From contig OZ024764.1 in NCBI GenBank assembly GCA_964016885.1, positions 5,146,001 through 5,210,000 on the forward strand: DNA of 64,000 bases. The letters are read 5' to 3'. Source of the DNA: Eledone cirrhosa (taxonomy: Eukaryota). Positions within the stretch are counted from its first letter, which is position 1. Each line of letters begins with the position of its first letter. Of the stretch, positions 52,796 to 64,000 are shown piece after piece. A program made the translations under genes and the position numbers. The notes below the pieces were generated by a model that ran no database searches, was not told the DNA's origin, and saw nothing but the letters and a program-made list of their open reading frames with translations.

Positions 52796-55190
52796 CTGGT
52801 CTACACGGTGAGTTAAAACTCACTTGTGACTGTAGTGTTTTAGAAGAAGTGTCTTAATCTTTCGTGCACCACTAAATTTTTTAACTATTTCCCCTGAAAC
52901 TGCCTTATTTTGGGGAGGTTATCTTATCAATCGAATAGCGTCCTAAATCTAAATTACACCTCAGAATTTTAGGGGCCACGCTATGTACCGGATAGACTTG
53001 TACACCGGCATATATATATATGCAAAGAGAGCGAGAGAAACAGCGGGAGTGAGAGAGATACATTAAAACAATAACAGAGGTCTGACTGGAGAATTTACTT
53101 TAGAATTTTAAGAGAAAAGAGGAAGGTTTCAGACTTCTGGAATTCCTTCACGAAAATGTCCTATTTATCTGTAACACAAACTTAAAAAATGAGACAACCA
53201 CTTAATAACATATAGATCATGTGAGCCCACCAGCTAGATAGATTTCCTTGTTACCATAAGACAGAGTGACTGTTATAAACACAAAGTCCCTCCCCAGTGA
53301 AGAATGCACCTCCCAACATACCTTAGGAGACAAACTGGAAGAAAAGATTATAGATCAAAATCAAAAGGTCTTAAAGTCAATTTGGTAAAGACTAAAGTTC
53401 TAGTAAGTAGAAAGGAAAACAGGGCCCAGATCTCTTCAGGTAAACTGTCCTGCTCAGTGTGCAGAAAAGGAGTAGGTAAAAATTCCATCCTATGTCCCAT
53501 ATAGAAATGATGGGTACACAAAAGATGTCGTGGGATCTCAGGGAGGCTAACAAAGAACGTAGCTTCTACATGTGGCCAATGAACAGGAGCAGGAAATATC
53601 AAGAGCTCTCGGGTTACAATCTCCTTCAAATACCCGAAAGTCTCTGTAGAGGTGGTAGATAGTTTCTGTTACCTAGGTGACTAAATCAGCAGTGGAGTAG
53701 GGTGGTCCCAAAACTCAGTAACAAGAGTGAGATTAGATTGGAGAAAGTGCAGGGATCTACTACTACTGCTAACAACAAAAAGTTTTTCCCTCAAAATGAA
53801 GGGCAGACTGTATGATGCAGGTATACAAACAACAATGTTGCACAGCAGCGAGACCTGGGCACTGTGTGTAGAAGATCTGTAAAGATTGGAAAGAAATGAA
53901 GCCTCCATGCTTCAATGGATGTGCCATAGTAATATATGCAAATGGCAAAACATAAATGTACTGCGAGAGAAATTAGGCATAAGAGGGGTTAGATGCAGTG
54001 TGCAGGAGAGGGATTGTTTTGGTATAGACATGTGATGTGTATGAAGGGTGACAGCTGTATAAAAAGGTGCCGAACAAACAAAGTTGACAGAAACCGTGGA
54101 GTGGGCAGGTCTAGGAAGACATGGGATGAGGTAAGGAAAGCTGACTTTGCACAATTACACCTCGCTAAGGCAATGACACAGGAGGGTGACCTCTGGCGCT
54201 ATGCACAATTATAGAGGACCTGCCCTCATAAATCCACGAGCTGAGGCATATATCTAGTATGTAACACCTTCCCCACCATCATCCCTCCCAAACACCTTCA
54301 CCCCTATAACTACATCCACAATCCACCAGACATTTTCCCTACCAACACCCCACACAAGTTCCCAAACCTCACCATAAAGTGGTCCTGCTGCAGCCATGAC
54401 AAATGTGCCCAGTCCACACTGTACAGTGGTCTTGTAGGTGTCCTGCCAAAAATCAATATTGGGCCTTAAAACCTTGAGTCCCTTTTGTTCTGTGTATGAA
54501 CATAAATAATTGTTTCTACTTTTGGCACAAGGCCAGCAATTATCCAGTGCATTACTGGTACTTTATTTTATCGACCCCGTAAGGATGAAAGGCAAAGTTA
54601 ACCTTGGCGGGATTTGAACTCAGATCATACAGGGAGGTAACTCTATGCTTCAAAGCATGGCGTCCGACTCTCTACCGATACTGCCAATCCACCGCCTGAA
54701 CATAAATAAATAATTGTTTCTATTTTAGGCACAAGGCCAGCAATTACCCAGTACATGACTGGTACTTTATTTTATCGACCCCGTAAGGATGAAAGGCAAA
54801 GTTAACCTCGGCGGGATTTGAACTCAGATCATAAAGGGACGTAACTCTATGCTTCAAAGCATGGCGTCCGACTCTCTACCGATACTGCCAATCCACCGCC
54901 TGAACATAAATAAATAATTGTTTCTATTTTAGGCACAAGGCCAGCAATTACCCAGTACATGACTGGTACTTTATTTTATCGACCCCGTAAGGATGAAAGG
55001 CAAAGTTAACCTTGGCGGGATTTGAACTCAGATCATACAGGGAGGTAACTATGCTTCAAAGCATGGCGTCCGACTCTCTACCGATACTGCCAATCCACCG
55101 CCTGAACATAAATAAATAATGTAATATATATATATATGTATGTGTGTGTGTATCTATTTATATATTTAACTATATTTTTTGTAATCACAG

Positions 55191-55232
55191 GACTGTTCCA
55201 CTGCAGAGTTCCGCTAGAGGAAACAGTGACGA
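55191..55232 (+). CDS. Putative micro-exon E13 (identical to E10), 42 nt: TVPLQSSARGNSD
   Basis: gtaatcacAG | GACTGTTCCA...GACGA | GTAAGT. Confidence 0.7.
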
Positions 55233-55530
55233 GTAAGTTTTAGTTTTACACACTATCTAACCATTATTCTATCTGTTCCTTCCCGTCTCTCTCTCTCTTT
55301 ATATATATATATTTATATATACTAAGGTCTATTATTGGTTGTGTAAAACGGTCCAATAAATTTTTGTTAGCAATATTAAGTTCTCCACGCTTTTGTATAT
55401 CTCCAATTCCATTCAAGGGAACAGCTAGATGATGTAAAAAAATCCGAAGGCAAGGTAAAATTTCCAATCATTTTAATCATGTCGTGATTAAAATGATTGG
55501 AAATCTTACCTTCCCTTCGGATTTTCATTT

Positions 55531-55570
<40 letters not shown>

Positions 55571-58500
55571 CTCTGTCTCTTATAAACCACGTTGGCTATT
55601 ATGACACTCTCTCCAACATAGAGAGCTATGTTGGCGATTATGACTCTCTCTCTCCCTCTCTATGTTGGCTATTATGACTCTCTCTCTCTCTATGTTGGCT
55701 ATTATGACTCTCTCTCTCTCTATGTTGGCTATAATGACTCTCTCTCTCTATCTATGTTGGCTATTATGTCTCTCTCTGTTCAAGGTTTATGAAGTTAGAT
55801 GAACATCTTCAAAGTCCTCCCATATTCGCCTTGTCTAATATGCGTTCTTGTACCTGATTATTTCCCCCAAATCTCCTGGGATGTTATAAACCATGATGGC
55901 TACCTATCTCACAATTTCTCTCCTGCCCACCCCCTCACACCACCATAGTCTATTCGACCAATCAAACCTCAGAAACATGTCCCCACCCATTACCAACCCC
56001 AACAAACTCTGCCATTACTACTACTTCTACTTTTCTTCTAGCCCTTACCAGCCCCAACAAACCCTGACATTATTACTACTATTGTCCTTCTAGCTATGGG
56101 CTGAGGATAAATGGGGCTACCCCAAATTAATAAATGAATATGAATCCGCGAGTTACCAAGCACCCATGCAAAGCTTTAATTCAGAGACAGGAAGCATACA
56201 CACCCCACTGCAAAAATTCACCCTTTCCCACGAGTGGTGGCAAATGCCCAAAACTCCGAGTTGGAACCATCAATGTAAGCACAATGAAAGGAAGAGCAGG
56301 AGAAATTGTAGAGATGCTAGAGCGAAAGAAAATTGATGTATGCTGTGTGCAAGAGACTAGATGGAGAGCAGAGTCCGCTGGAGTCCTTGCAGGCAGAAGT
56401 CAGTGCTACCAATTTGTCTGGGTAGCAAATGACAACAGGATGGGAGGTGTAGCTATCCTATTAGCTGACAAATGGGTAGATAAGGTAATCTCAGTGAACA
56501 GGGTGAATGCAAGAATAATGAAACTTGGACTAGTCCTGAATAAAACAATTGCCACAATAATATCAGCTTACGCACCCCAATTGGGGTTGCCAGCTGACTA
56601 TAGCGGGGAATTTAGTTTAGAGGTCGGTGTCCACCAGGGCTCTGTTCTTAGCCCACTCCTGTTCGTTAAAGTATTGCAAGCAATAATGGAGGTGATTATG
56701 ACCGGATGCCCATGGGAACTCCTATATGCGGATCATCTCACACTTATAGCCGAATCTATGGTGGAACTATACTTGCTCAGTATGTAGGAAAGGAGTAGGC
56801 TGGCTGCAAAAGGTTTTCCCCTCAAAATGAAAAGCAGACTGTATGATGTGGGTATACGAATAGCAATGTTACATAGTAGTGAAACCTGGGCGCCGTCTGT
56901 GGAAGACTTGCATAGATTAGAAAGAAACGAAGCCTGCATGCTCCGATGGATGTGTAATAGTAATATACGCGAACGGCAAAGCATAAATGAATTGAGAGAG
57001 TGACTGAGCATAAGAGGAATGAAATGCTGTGTGCAGGAGAGGAGGTTGCATTGGACATGTGATGCGTATGAAGGATGACAGCTGTATAAAAAGGTGTAGA
57101 GCAGTAGAAGTCGATGGAAGCCGTGGAGTGGGGAGACCCAAGAAGAGCTGGGATGAGGTGATAAAAGCCGGACTCACTGTAAATGAGGTTGGTGTTAGGA
57201 AGGGCATCCAGCTGTAGGAATCAAGCCAGAATCAGTTCCTGTATGAGCAAGACAAGGTCAGCTGAACAGACACTGCCCACAACAGGACAACCCGTCTAAC
57301 CCATGCTTGCGTGGAAGAATGGACGTAAAACAGTGATGAAGATGATATATCATATATGCTAGTGTACTATTTGACATTTGGAGCCTAAAAATATCTCTCC
57401 AAAACCAGGGGTCGACTTGTCTGCTGAATATAGTATGTTACCTTTACCACTGAGGGGTAAACAGTGAAACTGCCTGCCTAACACTTGTTGTACACCACTT
57501 ACCATAACTCTAACAACCCACCACATTTATTTCTACTGAATCTCATATTTGTTAAGTTTAACGTAGAGATTATAGTAATATCAATGTCTTGCTGTAGCTT
57601 ATAGGGTAGGTTACCATACGGTAGGGTACTGTAGGGTAGGTTACCATAGGGCAGGTTACTGTAGGGTAGGATACTGTCTGGTAGGTTACCATAGGGTAGG
57701 TTACTGTAGGGTAGGTTACTATAGGGTAGGTTACTGTAGGGTAGGTTACTGTAGTGTAGGTTACTGTAGAGTAGGTTACTATAGGGTAGGTTACTGTAGT
57801 GTAGATTACTCTAGGCTAGGTTACCATAGGGTAGGTTACTGTAGTGTAGATTACCATAGGGTAGGTTACCACAGAGTAGGTGACCATAGGGTATGTTATT
57901 ATAGGGTAGGTAACTGTAGGTTAGGTTACTGTAGGGTAGGTTACCTTATGGTAAGTTACTATAGGGTAGGTTACCATAGTGTAGGTTACCTTATGGTAAG
58001 TTACTATAGGGTAGGTTACCATAGGGTAGGTTACCTTATGGTAGGTTACCTTATGGTAAGTTACTATAGGGTAGGTTACCATAGTGTAGGTTACCTTATG
58101 GTAAGTTACTATAGGGTAGGTTACCATAGGGTAGGTTACCTTAGTGTAGGTTACCATAAGGTAGGTTACTGTAGGGTAGGTTACCATAGGGTAGGTTACT
58201 GTAGGGTAGGTTACCATAGGGTAGGTTACTGTAGGTAGGTTACCATAGGGTAGTTTACCGTAGGTTAGGTTACTGTAGGGTAGGTTAACATAGGGTATGT
58301 TAGCATAGGGTTGGTTACCATAGGTTAAGTTCATATAGGTTGTTACCATATGGTAGGTTACTGTAGGGTAGGTTGCTATAGGGTAGGTTATCGTAGAGTA
58401 GATTACTATAAGGTAGGTTACCATAAGGTAGGTTACCGTAGGGTAGGTTACTATAGGGTAGGGTATCATAGGATAGGTTACCATAAGGCAGGTTACCATA

Positions 58501-61500
58501 GAGTAGGTTACCTTAGGGTAGTTTACTATAAGATAGGTTACCATAGTGTAGCTTACCATAGGGTAGGTTGTTACCATAGGCAAGGTTACTATAGGGTGGG
58601 TTACCATAGGGTAGTTTATGATATGGTTGGTTACCATAGTGTAGGTTACTATAACATAGGTTACCATAGTGTAGGATACCTTAGATTAGGTTACCACAGG
58701 ATAGGTTACTGTAGGTTAGGTTACCATATGGTAGGTTACCATAGGTTAGGTTAGCAATGGGTAGGTTACTATAGGTTGTTACCATAAGGTAGGTTACTGT
58801 ATGGTGGGTTACCATAGGGTAGGGTACCATAAAGTAGGTTATTATAGTGTAGGTTACCTTAGGATAGGTAACCATAGGGTAGGTTACTATGGGGTAAGTT
58901 ACCATAGGGTAGGTTCCCATAGGGTAGGTTAATATAAGCTAGGTTACCTCAGGGTAGGTTACCATACCATAAAGTAGGTTACCATAGGTTTGTTAAGGTT
59001 AGGCTAGGCTGGTCTACTCGGTGAGTTAAAACTCACTTGTGACTGTAGTGTTTTAGAAGTGTCTCAATCTTTCATGCACCACTAAATTTTTTAACTATTT
59101 CCCCTGAAACTGCCTTATTTTTGGGGGTCATCTTATCAATCGAATAGCGTCCTAAATCTAAATTATACTTCAGAATTTTAGGGGCCGACTTATGTACCGG
59201 ATAGACTTGTACACCGGCATATATGGTATATATATATATATGCATGGAGGCACATGGCTTAGTGGTTAGAGCATTGGTCATGCAATCGAAAGGTTGTGAG
59301 TTCAATTCTCAGACCGGGTGATGTGTTGGTTCCTTGAGCAAGACACTTTATTTCACATTGCTCCAGTTTACTCAGCTGTAGAAATGAGATGATAGGGACT
59401 GGGGTCCCTATCATTCCACTGCAAAGTGGTCGTGGAGGTGCCACGGCAAAAAAAGCACCCAGCACTCACTGTAAATGAGGTTGGTGACAGGAAGGGAATA
59501 CAGCTGTAGAAATCAAGCCAGAATCAGTTCCCGTCCCGCCCTTGCAAGCAGGGAAAAGTGGACGTAAAATGAAATGATGAAAGAGAGATAGAGAGAAAGA
59601 GAGGGAGTGAGAGAGATACATTAAAACAATAACAGAAGGTCTGACTGGAGAATTTACTTTAGAATTCCTTCACGGAAATGTCTTATTTATCTGTAACACA
59701 AACTTCAAAAAACAAGACAACCACTTAATAATCGATAGATCAAGTGAGCCCTCCAGCTAGATAGATTTCCTTGTTACCAGAAGATAGAGTGACTGTTATA
59801 AACACAAAGTCCTTCCCTAGTGAAGAATGCACCTCCCAACATACCTTAGAATACAACCTGGAAGAAAAGAGTATAGATCAAAATCAAAAGGTCTTAAAGT
59901 CAATTTGGTAAAGACTAAAGTTCTAGTAAGTAGAAAGGAAAACTGGGCCCAGATCTCTTCAGGTAAACTGTCCTGCTCAGTGGGCAGAAAAGGAGTAGGT
60001 AGAAATTCCATCCTATGTCCCATATAGAAATGATGGGTACACAAAAGATGTTGTGGGATCTCAGGAAGGCTAACAAAGAACGTAGCTTCTACATGTGGCC
60101 AGTGAACAGGGGCAGGAAATATCAAGAGCTCTCGAGTTACAATCTCCTTCAAATGCCCAAATGTCTCTGCAGAGGTGGTAGATAGTTTCTGTTACTTAGG
60201 TGACTAAATCAGCAGTGGAGGAGGGTGGTCCAAAAACTCAGTAACAAGAGTGAGATTAGATTGGAGAAAGTGCAGGGATCTACTACTACTGCTAACTACA
60301 AAACATTTTTCCATCAAAATGAAGGGCAGACTGTATGATGCAGGTATACAAACAACAATGTTGCACAGCAGCGAGACCTGGGCACTGTGTGTAGAAGATC
60401 TGTAAAGATTGGAAAGAAATGAAGCCTCCATGCTTCAATGGATGTGCCATAGTAATATATGCAAATGGCAAAACATAGGTTACCATTGGGTAGGTTACTG
60501 TAGGGTAGGGTACCATAGGGTGGGTTACCATAGCGTAGGTTACTGAATGGTAGGTTACATTTTGTTAGGTTACTGTAGGGTAGGTTACCATAGGGTAGGT
60601 TACCATAGGGTGGGTTACCATAGGGTAGGTTACTGTAGGGTAGGTTACCATAGGGTAGGTTACTGTAGGGTAGGTTACCATAGAGTAGGATACTGTAGGG
60701 TAGGTTACCATAGGGTAGTTATGTAGGGTAGGTTACCATAGTGTAGGTTACTGTAGGGTAGGTTACCATAGAGTAGGATACTGTAGGGTAGGTCACTGTA
60801 GGGTAGGTTACCATAGGGTAGGTTATTATAGGGTAGGTTACCATAGGTTAGGTTACTATAGGGTTGGTTGCCATAGGGTATGTTACCATAGGGTAGGTTA
60901 CTATAAGGTAGGTTACCATACCATAGGCTAGGTTACCATATGTTTGTTAAGGTTAGGCTAGGCTGGTTTACTCGGTGAGTTAAAACTCACTTGCGACTGT
61001 AGTGTTTTAGAAGAAGTGTCTTAATCTTTAGTGCGCCACTAAATTTTTTAACTATTTCCCCTGAAACTGCCTTATTTTTTGGGTGTCGTCTTATGAATCG
61101 AATAGTGTCGTATAGGACTATCTGGCATGTTTTCTATGGCTGGATGCCCTTCCTAACACCAACCACGTTTACAGTGTGGGGACTGGGAGGTTTTTACCAT
61201 GTTAACTACACGGCCAATTTACAGCGTGGACTGTGTGTATTATTGTCATGACACCTACACAACCTCATTTATTTAGGACTGGATGTTGTGTGACCAACAT
61301 AATTTTACAGAGATGGGGGTGGGAGTAGTGGGGTGGGGGCGTATATTTGGTTAAGAGGTGCCTACTGACTGTAGGTTTCGCTTTGTACTTAGGCAAGGGT
61401 GGTCTTCTGTATTACTGCGTAGCGCCAAAGATCTCGGTTCAGTGACATTGTCTTGGAGAGGTGTAAGTGTGTGAGATCGGAATTTATCAATTCGTCCCAG

Positions 61501-62461
61501 GGTTTTCTGGGTCTGCCTACTCCGTGGCTACCATTTATTTTGATCGCCCTGCACTTTTTTATACAGCTGTCGTCTTTCTTGCGCATCACGTGACCATACC
61601 AACGTAGTCTTCTCTCGAGTAAACAACATCTGATCCCTCTTATTCCTAATTTCTCACTTAGTTCATTTATGCTTTGCCGTTCACGTATATTACTATTACA
61701 CATCCAGCGGAGCATGCAAACTTCATTCCTCTCCAGTCTGCGTATATCCTCTGCACACAATGCCCAAGTCTCACTGCCATGTAACATTGTTGTTCGTATG
61801 CAGGCATCATACGGCCTGCCTTTCATTTTTAGAGAGAACCCTTTAGCGGCCAATCGTACAATGAAAAGAGCGTCTGTGATACTTTTACCTGACACAAACC
61901 CAAACTGCATTTCATCTAGATCAATTCTCTCTCTGATTAGTTGCGCTATTACTTTTTCTGTGACCCTCATGAACTGGTCAATTAATTTAATGCCTCTATA
62001 GTTTCCCCTATCTAGGGCATCTCCTTTACCCTTGTAGCAGTTAATGATGATGATATATATATAAAAGAAATAGGATTTCGCTTCAAGCATATCTTTATAC
62101 AATATGTATAAATATTTTGTATCTCCAAAGAAATACGGTTTTAGGAAGCCTTAGCTCTGCAAACCCTGGGGGGCAAACGTCCTCTGGTGATGTCCAGCAG
62201 AAGCAAGGGGGACAACCGTCTATGCATTTCAGGCTTAACTGACCATCGTCTGGACAGTCCCTCCCACTGCTTGCGACTGCTGGCCAGTTAAGCGTGAAAT
62301 GCATAGACGGTTGTCCCCCTTGCTTCTGCTGGACATCACCAGAGGCCTTGAAACCCTAAGTCCCTTTTGCTCTGTGTATGAACAGAAATAAATAATGTAA
62401 TATATATATATGTATGTGTGTGTATCTATTTATATATTTAACTATTTTTTTCTCATTACAG

Positions 62462-62494
62462 CAACCTTCTTATGTTAGATTACAAGAAATTTAT
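62462..62494 (+). CDS. Putative micro-exon E14 (identical to E11), 33 nt: NLLMLDYKKF
   Basis: tctcattacAG | CAACCTTC...TTTAT | GTAAGT. Confidence 0.7.
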
Positions 62495-63323
62495 GTAAGT
62501 GTTACCTTAACAAACTGTCTAACCATTGTTTAATCTGCTCCTCCCTCTACCTCTCCCTTTATACACACACACATATATACCCCTATATATATATGTATAC
62601 ACACACACACACAAATATATACACATATATACATATATATATACACACACATATATATACATATATACAAGCGAGACACGGCCTGCTGACCAATCTCGTC
62701 TTAAGTGGGACAAAACCGTCCAACCCATGCTAGCATGGAAGATGGACTTTAAATGATGATGATATATATACACTGACACATATATATACATATATACAAA
62801 TATATATACGCATATATCTATATATATATATATGAGTTCAAGTCCACCGAGGTTAACTTTGCCTTTCATCTTTACGAGGTCGATAAAATAAAGTACCAGT
62901 GGTGCACTGGGGTAATCGCTGGCCTTGTGCCATAAGTAGAAACTATAATTATATATATATAACCAAAGATTAATATAGTTCGTTGATTACTCAACGAATA
63001 CAGTTGTACAATAGATTAGAAGAACTCAACAGTGAAAGTTTTCCTGGACTTTTTAATATTAACAAATGAAAAATATTCTCATAATCAAAATATATACTTT
63101 ATTATATACATTTCAAAGGTATATGACATACCTCTACGGTCTTGATTCTTCAATTCCAGTATTGCAGTCACTGCCAATACTGGAATTGAAGAATCAAGAC
63201 CGTAGCGCTATGTCATAATCATATATTTTGTCTGATGAGGACGTACTGAAAAAACAACAATATATATAATAAAGTATATATTTTGATTATGCGAATATTT
63301 TTCATTTGTTAACATTTTGAATA

Positions 63324-63369
<46 letters not shown>

Positions 63370-63435
63370 AGGTAAAATGAATAATGAAAGAGTTGCAAGC
63401 CTTTAAAACATATCTTTATAAAGCTCTTACATATG

Positions 63436-63491
<56 letters not shown>

Positions 63492-64000
63492 TCATTATCA
63501 TTTTATGTCCGCTTTTCCCTGCTTGCAAGGGTAGGGCTCTCACCACCACTGGCCATGTTTTTCGTGGTCTTCCTTTTACTGGGATTTTTTAGCACCTCTT
63601 TACCCAGCGGTCATCCTCGATGCGCATCACTTGTCCATACCATCTCAGTCTTCTCTCCTGCACACCACAACTCATCCCCAGTTTCTCTCTCAACTCATCT
63701 ATGGTCTTGTCGTTCACGCATATTGACACACACACACACACACACATATATATATTAATTCTATTGACTGATTAATAGCTCTTGTTAATTTTAAAACCAT
63801 TCTGTTGAGAGCTTAATTCGTTTTGTGATATTTTGCAATAACACACATACTGAATTCATCCGCCAAAACTAAGGGTTGCCCCCCCCCCCCCTGTGAAGCC
63901 CCACGTGGGTTTTGATAACGGTCAGTCCTTGGCTTGGCACTGAACTAAAAGCCTGTTGCAAAAGTGACTTCCTTGTTCGATCATCATACAAAAAGCTTAA

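Larger units (their letters stand above)
28600..64000 (+). repeat. Very recent duplication with a period of ~20.3-20.6 kb (about 28.6-43.4 kb vs 48.9-64.0 kb)
   Basis: Offsets are 20538 (E10-E13) and 20632 (E11-E14). Pseudo-ORF translations are identical (35590/56134, 37377/57921, 40757/61389). Confidence 0.85.

Noticed and set aside
1426-62520. CRISPR-like reading (constant flanks with 30-42 nt variable spacers)
   Set aside because: The context is eukaryotic, units are kilobases apart and there are no cas genes. The variable cores are bounded exactly by canonical splice signals and are paralogous to each other.

Overview
AT-rich, repeat-dense animal genomic DNA. (TA)n/(CA)n microsatellites, RTE-clade LINE relics and tRNA-derived SINEs suggest a mollusc, probably a cephalopod; this is inference. 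The window is a mosaic of nested tandem duplications, with ~1-8 kb cassettes inside ~20.5-22 kb higher-order blocks. Nearly all listed ORFs are LINE debris or artefacts of low-complexity sequence and satellites. The main signal is absent from the ORF track: 14 putative micro-exons on the + strand (30, 33, 36 or 42 nt). Each lies between TTTAAC(branch)...T-rich...CAG and GTAAGT, each length is a multiple of 3, and only one frame (phase 2-2) is open in all of them. The exons differ strongly and almost only by amino-acid-changing substitutions, while their intronic flanks are nearly identical. This points to an internal part of a large gene with an expanding, hypervariable, combinatorially spliceable micro-exon array (522 nt, 174 codons, in 64 kb). 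Its start and stop codons lie outside the window or were not recognised.
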